Source of the DNA: Octopus bimaculoides
Taxonomy: Eukaryota
Direction of reading: 5' to 3'
Length of the DNA stretch: 33,396 bases
Assembly (NCBI RefSeq): GCF_001194135.2
Contig: NC_068983.1
Coordinates: 61,845,692-61,879,087, forward strand
Position numbers and translations under genes: made by a program. The notes under the pieces were generated by a model, which made no database searches, had not been told where the DNA came from, and saw only the letters and a list, made by a program, of their open reading frames with translations. Every line of letters starts with the position of its first letter. Within the stretch, counting starts at the first letter, position 1. Below are positions 21,463 to 33,396 of this stretch, piece after piece.

Positions 21463-21957
21463 ACATGGAAAAATGTGAGCATGAAAAGTAATTTTCTTAA
21501 GAATATAAACCTGGAAAAGTACAGGACAACTTATTATACCTGTAAAAGTATAGGACAAGCTATTACTTCTAGTAAAGTAAAGAATAAGAAACTTTTTACT
21601 TAAAATATTGCAGCAACGAATGCCAGTTCTTCTAATTTATCACTCTTTACAGTTCTCATCGTTTAAATTTATTGTACAAAACTGTTCAGCTAATTTGTAA
21701 GTTCGTCTAATTAGCCACTTTTTCTGTATTTAAGAAAGTACATTAGACAAATTCTACTTAAATATGTATAGTGTTATTAGTAAACTATAACAAAATAAGT
21801 TTTAATGTTCAAATTTTAATTTTAGCTGTAATATTTTAACTAAAATGTTTCTTATTCTTTGCTGTACTAGAAGTTTATTGGTGTAATAACTTGTCCTGTA
21901 CTTTTCCAGGTTTATAATCTTAAGAATATTACTTTTCATGCTCGCATTTTTCCATGT
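21463..21957. mobile_element. Fold-back/MITE-like element with ~130-150 bp inverted arms
   Basis: 21463-21614 vs 21825-21957 are reverse complements with scattered mismatches. The left arm carries an extra ~20-25 bp internal duplication. No clean TSD. Confidence 0.8.
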
Positions 21958-23249
21958 AATCCATGATTTTTCCAGGCATTGCTGTTATGAGATAATTAAT
22001 AATGTGTCAATTAATAATTTAAGATTTTACCTTATAAAATACTGAATGATAATATTTCAATTTTTCCATCTAAGTGATGATAATATTTCAATTTTTTTCA
22101 TGTTTAATTTAAATATATGTTGTAATTGGATTGTTTAATATTACCCATCCACACCAAATTAATGGCAGGGATCTTTATCATGTTGTTGATTGCACCATGG
22201 CTCACCAAAAGTTACAAACAACAAGACCCCAAAACCATCAGTTACCAGGCTTACCTTAAGTAACCTAATTTTGCAATATTAGGAGGTCACAGGAATTCAT
22301 TCAACGAAAGAAACAATTTCCAATGATTCTAGGATTGGGAGGGGGTGNNNNNNNNNNNNNNNNNNNNNNNNNNNNNNNNNNNNNNNNNNNNNNNNNNNNN
22401 NNNNNNNNNNNNNNNNNNNNNNNNNNNNNNNNNNNNNNNNNNNNNNNNNNNNNNNNNNNNNNNNNNNNNNNNNNNNNNNNNNNNNNNNNNNNNNNNNNNN
22501 NNNNNNNNNNNNNNNNNNNNNNNNNNNNNNNNNNNNNNGGGTTCTTAGTGAAAATCGTGCGGGTGCTAATATGAAAATTGACCATAATGTTGTTGTTATT
22601 TAGCCTCAGATCAACCCTGATACCGTAAACCTATCATCAAAGACATTCTAGCCTTCAGCAAACCGCCTTTTTAGGGATAATCTAGGACATTACGTATAAT
22701 GGGCGTGTGATTTAGGTAAGAGATACTTTGGCTGCTACTTTTAGCGTGTCGAGCGACCAGATAGAGCCTCTTCCATTGGTTCGATTGCGTGATGAGATTT
22801 TCTTACACATATATGTAATATGTATATATATCACCGGCAAAAACAAAACTAGTGGGTTAGATCGGAGCTGAGATATTGACATCCGATTTCAGGAAACGTC
22901 AACACAAGTTTTTCGAGAGAAGTAAAATTTGATGGCTTGGAATGGATTATACCTTTCTTAGTGCGATTACAAAGATTAAAGTTGAAATTTAAAGTTAAAT
23001 AAAATTAATCAATTATACTAAACCGGTCGCAGTGCTATACACAAATACAATTCTGTTTTTTTTTTTGTTTTTGCTTTGTTTTTTTTTCGTTTTTTTGTCT
23101 TGTCTTGTTTTTCTTTTTCTTTGTGGAAAGTAAAAGGATTGGTACAGTAATAGAGTACTAGAAAATTACGTGGAGGAAACGTAAGACAAGAGCAGAGAAA
23201 AAGATAATAAACCGAGCGGAAGAAAAGTGTCCAGGAGAGTAGGTGTCAA

Positions 23250-23318
23250 TAAATATATACATATATAAATACATATATGCACACACTCACACACACACAT
23301 ACACGTACAAATATATAC

Positions 23319-23373
<55 letters not shown>

Positions 23374-23502
23374 ACATTTATATGTGTGAATGTGTATGTA
23401 TATGGATAGATAAATATGATATGCTATGATATGATATGATATGATATATGATATGGTATATATATAATGCATATAATATATCTATACATATATATATATA
23501 AT
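23250..23502. repeat. Compound (TA)n/(CA)n/(ATATG)n low-complexity tract
   Basis: Read directly from sequence. Confidence 0.9.
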
Positions 23503-23750
23503 AGGGAGAATTCACAAAAAAACAACAGACGAAGACAGGTTGTGTAGAAAACAAATAGATGTATTAGTATAACGCCCGGGAACTTAAAAAGTCTTTAACG
23601 TTTCGAGCCTACGCTCTTCCACAAAAAGGAACACAGAAAGAAACAAGGAGAGAAACAAGGAGAGAAAAAATGAGAGAAAAAAAGGAGAGAAAAAGGAGAG
23701 AACACGGAGCGAAAAAAATGTGTGTAGTGGTTAGCGGTCTATCATGGCGA
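23500..23750 (-). mobile_element. Short TA-flanked non-coding repeat, probably a PLE terminal repeat or retrozyme-like unit
   Basis: Non-coding, flanked by TA repeats, and contains a hammerhead-like fold (23593-23628). The PLE link is inferred from the known association of minimal hammerheads with PLE termini. Confidence 0.5.
23593..23628 (-). ncRNA. Minimal type I hammerhead ribozyme-like motif with variant core
   Basis: Minus strand CTTT-TTGTGGA-A-GAGC-GTAG-GCTC-GAAA-CG-T-T-AAAG. Stem I is CTTT/AAAG, stem II is GAGC/GCTC, then GAAA and a palindromic ACGT stem III. The core deviates from CUGANGA at two positions. Confidence 0.5.
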
Positions 23751-25285
23751 ATATGTAATATATGGCGAATATATAATTTATCTATATGTTTATATGTGTT
23801 TTTTACAGTCGTGTATATATGCGTATATGTATGTGTACATGTATAAAGACAAGTATACATTTGTTCTACAGTCTTCATGTGAGTATATTGTGTATATTTT
23901 TGGTCTTTAAGTAATGATTTCATTATTTCTATTTCACTTCCTCTTCTCTGTTCATAAATACTGTACATCATATATTTCATGAAAATATATCGACGTTTCT
24001 CGTTTTGTTATGAGCAAACCTGGGGCTAAATGCAGTAACAACAATAAAGACAAGATATTTTATCGTTAAAACAGAATACTTTTTCTCTCTTATTTATCTT
24101 ATTCAGAAATTTGTTCTGTAAAATAAAGACTTGGTTTTGCTTTTCGGTTTTTGGGGGGGTTTTTTTGTATTATTCTCTTAAGTAGACTGTCCATTTTCGT
24201 CAGCTAAATATTTGTTTGCATAAATGAAACAAAATAAATCTCCAATCTTTATTGAAAATCTTACAGAAAGAAAGCTACAATTCATTTATGAATTAAAGTG
24301 ACACAATATTGATAAAATGTCAAATTTATTCTGAATATTACGAGCGTTTACGTTTGTATGAGTGTTGGTGCATATTTGAAAGATTTATTCTTTGTTTCCA
24401 AATAATTACCTCTGTTATACAGGAGCGTCCCTCAGATATCGTAGATATTAGAGATATGGATCCTTCTTGATTAAAGCAACAGAAAATCAATATATTTTAA
24501 GAAGGAGTCACTACTTTCGCTATAAATCGTTGCTTTGCAATGAATATGGCGGTTATGTTTTAGTTGATTAACACTTCAGGCATTTCGACAATATTATTTG
24601 AATTTGTGATCTTTGAATACACGTGAGAAGTATGACCTAACCTAATGTTCAAATGTGTTTCTCAGAACATTTACACTTGTAATTTTAGTGACGTTAAGTG
24701 TGATCTTTAACCCTAAAAATGGTAACCTTCAAGTTTGAAAACATAATTTTAGGAAAGATATTACTGAATGTTGTTTACATTCCAGCAGAAACATTTCAAA
24801 TGCCATGTTGTAAATATTGTAACAGTGTCTCTCCATTTTCAGTTTGTTTCACGCTCATACGTTGTCATAATTATACTTAACTTTTTATAGGACCACTGGC
24901 TTTTATTGAAAGCTAGATAGGTAACTTTTGTTTCCCTTCGAACACGAAACTCAAGTTTGTTCTTTTTTGTTTTTGTTTCTTTTTTTTTTTGTTTTTTTCA
25001 TACGTTAATCTATAAAAGTAACTGAATGTTTGACGTAATTTGTCACTCGGTTTAGCTCTAACTACAGGGTCTTTAGTAGAGTTCACTCAATTGCAAACGT
25101 TGGAACCAGGTCCGAAATGTAGCTGACTCCCTTCTTCCACCCTAATTTCGAGAGGGTTGAAAAATATGGAGTCGTTGGTAATGAGGGTTGAACTTTTTTT
25201 CTTCAATGCAAAGAAAAAGCAAGAACATTACCGAAAATTAGAACAGAGTGGGAAAAGCAAGAGAAAAAATGGAATGAGAAAAAGA

Positions 25286-25288
<3 letters not shown>

Positions 25289-25360
<72 letters not shown>
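25289..25360. repeat. (AG)36 microsatellite
   Basis: Read directly from sequence. Confidence 0.95.
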
Positions 25361-25368
<8 letters not shown>

Positions 25369-26299
25369 TTGAAGTAGTTGTATTTTCACTTGTGGTAAGC
25401 ACTGGAGTTTAAGTTCCACAGACCATAACAAAAGGTGAGAATGTTTTTCACCAGGTGTTTTTCCCTGTACTTTGGAGATGTTACATAAACAGAGAATAAT
25501 TTTCTGAATAGGAGTTATAATGAATTCGATACATCAGTCACCACTGTGAGAATTTCCTTCAATAGTGATATAATATATATCATTAGATGGAAACATTTTA
25601 TATAAACTGGGTTTAGACTAATTTTGAGATGCCTTTTGTCTAACCTTTCATATAACATATCAATTTGATTCCCCAGCACTATATGTACAGCACCAATTTT
25701 CCAAACACTGATAGTCTGGAATCTCTTATAATCCGAAATAATTTATTCAAGTGTACAAATACCGTTATGTTATTTACTTATTTAAATGAATTAAATATTT
25801 GTTTAAATTACACTGTGTTGACCGAGATGACCACTCCTAGTTCGGAAAACTCTGTAAGTTGGAAAATCTTAGAACCAAAGTTTCCAGAAAATCGAAGTCG
25901 TATCTGTATGTGCAAAATTACCAATGTTTGACACTTCAGAAAAATTAATGATGCTATTAATTCGATATTTTGGACTATTCTATTCAATGAAAATACAAAA
26001 TAGCACAATCGCCTAGCTGCTATATTATAATGAAAATATCAGAGGACAAAACTATCAGGTAATAGACTAATAATAAAAACAAATACAAATACCTACACCA
26101 TTATAAGATATAGAGTATAGTATAGAACCAAAACCGTACCTTTTAAGATAAAGTAAGTATCAAATCAAAATTGCTTTGAATGGAAAAATGCTGTAAAGCA
26201 CATAAGCTCCTTCTAGTGATGAACAAAGTGTAAACTTTGAAGGATTATGTGCGTAAAATAAACTGTTAATAGATATACTGGTAGACGTAGGGAGTGGAT

Positions 26300-28200
26300 T
26301 TACTGCCTTGGTTTATATTCTGTTAAACTTGTGAATCCTTTTTGCGACAGTAAATCAATTTGTTAAAAATATTGCTTAGGACACCAAATTTTACGTATTT
26401 TGGGGGTGACATTGTGTTCTTCACTCAGTATACTGAAATTATATAACAAATCTAAAACAGTAGACCAAAAGTAAAAGAAAAGGGATATGATAATGATCCG
26501 AAGAGAACTGATCGTTTTGAAAATTGCTATATTTGTGTGATGGCTATTTCTGTGTATATCTCCAAGACTAAATCGAAAATAGATTACACCAAACTCGTCC
26601 TCAACCCTAAGATTTCTACTTCATTGTAACAAAGTCTTTCTGTAATTAATAAGTTATATGCCATCGATGAATCTGTGAACTGCACATCAGAAAGAAACAT
26701 TGAGAATGAAACTTACATGCGACCTGCTAAATCAAGTGCGATTGAAACTTATACCAAATCTGAATTAAATGACTTATTATGCAGTGTAGATCTTCTCGAG
26801 AATTATTGGGTTCCAGGTTGAATTAAAATAATCTGGCTGTTCTGGAAACAATATTTGAGTTTTATCAAGCTAGATTAGGCGCAGGTGTACCTGTGTGGTA
26901 AGAAGTTTGCTTCCCAACCATACGGTTCCGGGTTCAGTCCCACTGCGTGGCACATTTGGCAAGTGTCTTCTACTATAGCCTCGGGGCGACCAAAGCTTTG
27001 TAAGTGGACTTGGTAGACGGAAACTGAATGAAGCCCGTCGGATGTGTGTGCGTGTTTGTGTTTGTCCACGATCACCGCTTGATAACCGGTGTTGGTTTGT
27101 TTATGTTCCTGTGACTTAGAGACCGCAAAAGAGACCGACAGATTAAGGGCCAAGCTTAAAAATTGAGTATTTGGATCGATTCGTTCGACTAAAATTCTTC
27201 AAGCCCGTGTCCCAGCATGGCTAAAGTCCAGTGACTGAAACAAATAAAAGTATTAAAAAATAGGGCAAGTCTCTGTTGCATTTTTTTTAGCGTGGAAGCT
27301 GGAAATATTTATTATTGTGATGTTAATGATTTATTAAAAGCAATGGGATGTCAGTAGGAATCCTTTTGTTGAGTAACGGAACGTATTTGTATCTGTGCTG
27401 ACTGACCAGTCTGTACATACAAAAGAAAGCGATGGAAGTATGAGAGTGATACTGAAAAGACTTAAATAATTTGAATACAATTCGACAGTATATAAGGATT
27501 TAACAGTATATGAGGATTTGACAATGAACTTAATACTGCTGGGTCAACTGAACGGTTGCATTAAATTTCCTTGTTGTTTGTGTTTATAGAATCATCGAAA
27601 AAAACGAAACTACTGGGTGGGAAAGGAATGGCCTGAAAAAAAGAGACTTTGATACAGGAAAAGACGGTATTATGAATACTCTCTTCGTAAAAACTAGATA
27701 GCACATTACTCCTAGTACTTGGTATCAATGTAAGTTTAATGAAACATTTTGTTAAAACTTTAGATATGTTAACTGATTCTTTCGAATATATGTGGACAAT
27801 TTCCTGCTCTAAGCCCAGAGAATCTGAAAGCAAATACCTTTGGTGATCCTAAAATAAGAACAGTAAATGAAAGTGAGGTGCTTGTGAGTTTACTTAACAA
27901 TGTTGGGACGCTTTCTGGGTAGCAATCGCAGAAGTTAATTTTAAATCTTTGGACAATAGCATATTTGAAAGCTATGAAGAAATGGGGAATAAGATACATT
28001 TCTTTCTTCTATAAGCTAGAATTTAATATGAGTATTAAAGTGCATTTTCTCTACTGCCATTTATACTACCCCCGTATCAATTTAGGAGCTGTTAGAGGAA
28101 GGTAAAATGATCATTTCCTCTAAGGTATAAATGCTGCTTGAAAAATCGATATGAAGCTCGGCGTAATACGCATATACACATATTCAAACACTGAATTAAC
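26300..28200 (+). pseudogene. Chapaev-type (CMC, probably Chapaev3-like) transposase fossil, split by a SINE
   Basis: Collinear motifs across stops and frameshifts: LKQ*TKSKRK, MIRRE..NCYIC, KSELNDL, ELLGSRL...FYQAR // FFSVE...CDVNDLLKAMG, LLSNG, SVHTKE, LLGQLNGCIKFPCCLCL, YWVGKEWPE, INVSLMKHFVKTLD (cf. HIKLGLMKQFVKALD), FPALSPENLKANTFGDPKIR, NMSIKVHFLYCHL...NLGAV and NRYE. Confidence 0.8.
26877..27255 (+). mobile_element. Full-length tRNA-derived SINE family 1
   Basis: aggcgcagg...gtgtggtaagaagtttgcttcccaacc...ccgggttcagtccc, with body and tail gtgactgaaacaaataaaag; collinear with 18157-18593. Confidence 0.88.
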
Positions 28201-30310
28201 AGAAAACAGACGGTATTTGGTGGCTAGATGATATCGTTCTTCCAACAAAATAGCTCTGCCAACAATTACGCGTCTAATTTCCATGATATTTGATGACGGA
28301 GGTTCTTTTTAGTCGTAACAAGACAGTGGAAAAATCCACTTATGTATGTTAAGTATACCGCTTTAATAAATTTTTACAAAGTATATCTAATTTTTATAAT
28401 ACAAACGTAATATAATATCTGAATGTAAGGGCTAGATATTACAATAAAACAGTCGAAATTGCTATGCAAGACATTAAAACATACATCCGCAAATTTTGTT
28501 TAAAAAAACACACGCATTTCTTATGCACTATGCTTCTAAAATTTGTATTGGTAGTTCTTTCTTTTCTGAAAAATACTTGAAATGATACATAAATGCTAAG
28601 AGAAAATTAGATAATATGAACGCCATTATATATATAAAAAAAAGCGGCTAAGAATTCTTCAAAATTCAGCTTGGTTAAATCTAATCTGATTTACAATGAT
28701 CAGCACGCAAGATTTACTTTTTATGGAGATGTTTATGTACTACATTTACAAAAATTATAAAATGCTATTATTTCTTCTGTCAAAATTCTCCTAAATAAAC
28801 TTATTTAATGGCAATCATTTCTTTAAAATAGTTTCGATAGAAAATTTTATCTCTATCATTAATATTTTCGCTTTATTACATAAAATGTATGAATGAGAAT
28901 TTTGTAGAACCCAAATAAATTGAATACAATACCGAAGAATCTGCAACACAATTTATGATATGATTATGATCTAAACTACTTGAATTAAAATCTTTCCAGT
29001 TACTCCAGCTATGTATTTACGGTTTGAAAAATAGAGAAAGGATTCTTTAGTCCAAATCTCTGCTAACCTGAAAGACTGTAATCAAAAAGAAAAGTTACTT
29101 TACATCTTATATTAACTGACATTTAGATTAGTTTATACTCCGATTTCAAAGCACTGACGCCAAAACTATTTGCTCATGAGAAACATCTTTATTCGCTAAG
29201 TTGCTGAATCTTGTTATATACAGTGTAATGTAATGTATATATGTGATGTGTACCTCAAACGGTGAAATTGACTGCATTTTCATGAAATGGAAAATTGATT
29301 GTTGCTCCCACGTTTCTACATCTACTGGCCTCATACAAATCGTATTGATATTAATGCCCTGTGGTAAGCAAGTTAATATTTCAACCGTCATAAGCAGTAC
29401 TCACAAAAGAAACACTCACAATCAACTATACATTGCAGCACTAAATCTGTCGTGTTCTTTGAATAAAATAGACGTAAAGCAACGGCTCTTGCACCAGTTT
29501 TATTTAATAGTCTCTAGTCAATCAATGACTATAAATGATAAATTCGACGTGGCAAGATTTTAACTAAACAATTGTGCATTTTATTTTCTTTGCTTTTCTT
29601 TATATGCAGTTTGCTACACGTTTACCCGCCATCAGATCTTTTATCTTTTCCCTTTTCCTTCCATAGATAAGCATTCTCTTTTTTCTGTTGTTTGGATCGG
29701 TTGCCACTATGCAAGGACATTTTCTTATTCTCTAAGGATTGTGTTATCGTTTGATGTTGCAGTTGTTTCAATGATTGCATTTTTATGACATCTGCATGAT
29801 ATGACTTCGTTTTCACAAAGGTGAAAACCGACTTCGGTTTCTTAACTGGCGTCATCTTTTGTTTCTTGTTGTTTAGCTGGTTGACAAATACAAGTGGATT
29901 TCTTTTATATAACAAGTGTTCATTCACCATACACATACACGCATGCACTCACTCTCCCTCTTTCTTTCTCTATCTCTCTCTTTCCCCCCTCTCTCTCACT
30001 TGTCTTCTCTTTTTACATTATTCTCAACCAAGACATGACAATTTCATGATTGATTACCTAATATTGCGGGTATTCTTGTAGTGGATGAAGGGTGTGTAAG
30101 TACTTGTGTCAGCGTGTACCTTTCTTATTTTCTTTTAAGTGTAAAAACTATTGAGGTTGAAACAAATTAACTCTATAAAAAAAAGTATTTGTAATTTTAC
30201 TCTATAATTGCTTTAGAGAATACTTTGATGATACCAACAAGAGATTTAGTATCCATCGGAGTTGCTACTCATTTATTTTGGTGTTGCCAAAATTATATTA
30301 AAGCAAGTTC

Positions 30311-30319
30311 ACACACATG

Positions 30320-30356
<37 letters not shown>
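30311..30356. repeat. (CA)n/(CG)n microsatellite
   Basis: Read directly from sequence. Confidence 0.9.
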
Positions 30357-30358
<2 letters not shown>

Positions 30359-30938
30359 GTTATGGGCGTAAACCTGAAAAGCGGTTTAAGGACGACATAG
30401 GGACTACTATGAAGTCACTTGGAATGGATCCAGAGAACATAGGAACCCTTGTTTCGGATCGAGCTGGATGGCGAACAAAAGTGTGGAGTGGAGTGAAAGC
30501 GTTTGAAGAAGCCAGGATGATGCATGCAAGACTCAAAAGAGATTTAAGGAAGAATGTTATGATCAAATGGGTGAATCACAATGATCGTTTTGTGTGCAGT
30601 TTGTGACAGACAATGCCTTTCTTTTGCTGGGCTAAAATCTCATTTGCGAGCCCATGGAAAACGAACCTCGCCAACTATTATGCTTATATGTCTGTGCACA
30701 CCTTTGAATGCAATGTATGCCAGAAGGTTTGCAAATCTAACGGAGGCCTCAAAAGATATTTTAAGATCCATAAAGGTCAGAATTTATCTGCAGGTCTTGG
30801 TGGTCCAAATCTGATATGCAATCTATATGGCAATCTTTTCAGAATATCGTCTGGTTTAAAAAGCCACATCAGATGCCATGATGTTTCTAAGGTGTAGGTA
30901 CAAGAGGTGGTCAAACTCTGCATCAGGAGGAGACAACC

Positions 30939-30948
<10 letters not shown>
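30357..30948 (+). mobile_element. 3' end of an RTE-clade LINE with three tandem C2H2 zinc fingers, short 3' UTR and (TA)n
   Basis: GRKPEKRFKDDIGTTMKSLGMDPE...DRAGWR..V..GVKAFEEAR...RLKRDLRK (RTE C-terminus), then fingers at ~30595-30655, 30709-30771 and 30817-30879; stop 30895-30897. Confidence 0.82.
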
Positions 30949-30975
<27 letters not shown>

Positions 30976-32766
30976 AATTTTGAACATTGAAACACAAAGC
31001 AAATGTAATATAACGCTAAAAATAGCGAGTAAATACTGGCACACTATTCAAAGGATCTTTAATCCAATATTTACATGCTATTATTTATAGCTGTATACAA
31101 AGAATTATTTCACGTTCATCTCGAAGTTTCTAAATTCTTATAACGTCACAAAATTTATATACATATATATACATCTGTCAGACGGGACCATGATGACTGC
31201 TATGAAGCAGGTAAGTATACTAGCCCCTATTCAATAAGACATTCAATACTTCATATCATTTTACTATTTATATTATATATTCCATATTCTATATCCCACA
31301 TTAATTTTATAAGAATATAAATAAAACATAAAAAACAGTGTTGGAACTCTTTTAAATAATATATTCCTCTATACACTATCATACAAACCCCTTATATATA
31401 TATNNNNNNNNNNNNNNNNNNNNNNNNNNNNNNNNNNNNNNNNNNNNNNNNNNNNNNNNNNNNNNNNNNNNNNNNNNNNNNNNNNNNNNNNNNNNNNNNN
31501 NNNNNNNNNNNNNNNNNNNNNNNNNNNNNNNNNNNNNNNNNNNNNNNNNNNNNNNNNNNNNNNNNNNNNNNNNNNNNNNNNNNNNNNNNNNNNNNNNNNN
31601 NNNNNNNNNNNNNNNNNNNNNNNNNNNNNNNNNNNNNNNNNNNNNNNNNNNNNNNNNNNNNNNNNNNNNNNNNNNNNNNNNNNNNATAATTTTTCAAAGT
31701 AATCTCTGTAATCGTTACCAATATAGCATAAGATTTCACCTCAAAAAATTAAATTCCTTAAGGATCGTTCTCCTTGTTTATATATCCAAAGTTTTAAATT
31801 TATACATTTAATAAAGAGATTTGACACCGATGTTTAATTTATATCCATGTATTCATCCAATGTAAACATTTCTGTGTACAACTATATTTAACCATTAAAT
31901 ATAAGTCAAATATATCAGTTGTCATACACGTCATCAGGAATAATTTTCTTTAGAACAAAAAGCCCCCCAAAAAACACATAATGAATTAATAGAAACAAAA
32001 TCAAATTTAAAATTTAAAATTTTAATCTATACCACATTTTTTTAACGTTATCCGGTCTAATACGAATTCCTTTCTGTTCATATATACTTCTAATAGGGGA
32101 GGTAACTCCTTGCCATATTCTATGACTATTACAATTATTACTAATAATTACTAAGAAATTTCTCTTATTTATTATTAATTATTCAAGACACATAAATTAT
32201 ATTATCTTAGGGGCCACTGCAAAGCCCACAATTACTACTGGCAAATTTTACATTGATATGCCTGCCTTAAAATCCAATATTATACTACATAGTACTATAA
32301 AATATGAGCCATAAATAAATCATAAATAATTTTAAAAATTTCAATTGCAATAGGAATAATTACTTCTAGGAATTTTCTCAAAACCCACATGTGTTATATT
32401 TAAGTTATATTTTAACATATTAATATTGTCTGCTATAGGATCTAATATTATATTCTATGGACTCCATGTTATAAATTATGAACAATTCTCACCTTAATGG
32501 AGATCCACAGTGTGCCATCCTATCTCTAGTATTTTATTCAAGACCTACAATTATTATTGTAAAGTTATACACTTATATAGCCTGCTTTAATATCTAATAA
32601 CACACCATATTGTACTGTACTGTACTACAAGTTATAATTAACTCTTCATTATAATTAATCCATACTAAGTTGTGCCTAGATGTTAATGGCAAAATTCCAG
32701 CCGCTACTTGTAACTTTAATATTTGATATTTAAATATGGCCTGCCTTCATATCCAATATTATATAC

Positions 32767-32767
<1 letters not shown>

Positions 32768-32830
<63 letters not shown>
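32768..32830. repeat. (TTA)n microsatellite
   Basis: Read directly from sequence. Confidence 0.95.
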
Positions 32831-32833
<3 letters not shown>

Positions 32834-33396
32834 ATTAATATTATACTACAACCAGTTTCAATCTAGTAAATCTTCTCTTATAAACTGCCCAAATTTTATG
32901 CCGAAATATAGGATTGATCTTCATTATTAAAAATCATATTATTAACAGATAATTTAGAGAGTCTAAATGAAATATTTTTAACAACTCATCAATAATAATA
33001 CTCCTAAACTGTTACTACAATGTACTACAAGTGGCAATAATATTGACTAATTTATTATAATGCTACAGCTTTCTAATCAGCTCATGGTTACCTCTCTTTG
33101 AAATTACCTACTATAGAAACCATAAGAGAGCCTAATTATCCATACAAGTTAAAATATGTCACAAACATATTTGAACTAATCTAAATTTTATATATGCACA
33201 CGCATACGCACACACACACACATACATATTTATAAGGTACTGCATATCGTGTAAGATTGATAAGATAAGATGGATTTGTAAATAGGTGCATGTTCACATA
33301 GATAAGTAGAGATAATCTGCTAGATCTATAGATAGGTACTTGGATATAACGCCTGGATATGCTTTTAATTCTGATCGCATTTAAGTATGTATGTAT

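Noticed and set aside
22046-22102. ~31-bp two-unit tandem repeat (atgataatatttcaattttt..cat)
   Set aside because: Ordinary AT-rich slippage duplication with no further structure.
24000-25280. Unannotated AT-rich stretch, including ORF 25157-25372, as a possible promoter or exon
   Set aside because: No recognisable motif or protein similarity; the ORF is extended by the (AG)n tract.
27590-27729. Apparent host exon with good acceptor (tttatag) and donor (gtaagt)
   Set aside because: No open frame across it; the sequence is explained by the Chapaev-type transposase fossil.
32040-32520. Plus-strand COX1/COX3-like snippets (ILGA, GDP, FYGLHV)
   Set aside because: Isolated 3-6 residue matches with inconsistent spacing in AT-rich DNA.

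Overview
Gapped (9 N-runs), AT-rich, microsatellite-dense animal genomic DNA with no intact host gene that I can support. The SINE and repeat families look like those of octopus/coleoid cephalopod genomes; this is my recognition and is not verified. The window is a layered transposable-element graveyard. Retroelements: three RTE LINE remnants (two with C-terminal C2H2 fingers), R4/Dong-type restriction-like-endonuclease LINEs stacked in TAA arrays, two Penelope-like (PLE) remnants and tRNA-derived SINEs. DNA elements: two mariner remnants, a hAT transposase fossil split by a MITE (perfect 28-bp TIRs, perfect 8-bp TSD), a Chapaev-type transposase fossil split by a SINE, and two further fold-back elements. 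The most notable signals are a minimal hammerhead-ribozyme-like motif in a short non-coding repeat (23593-23628, minus strand), the TAA-targeted retrotransposon pile-up with a non-coding passenger element (11.8-15.4 kb), and the nested insertions that can be reconstructed by hand. Coordinates of decayed elements are approximate.
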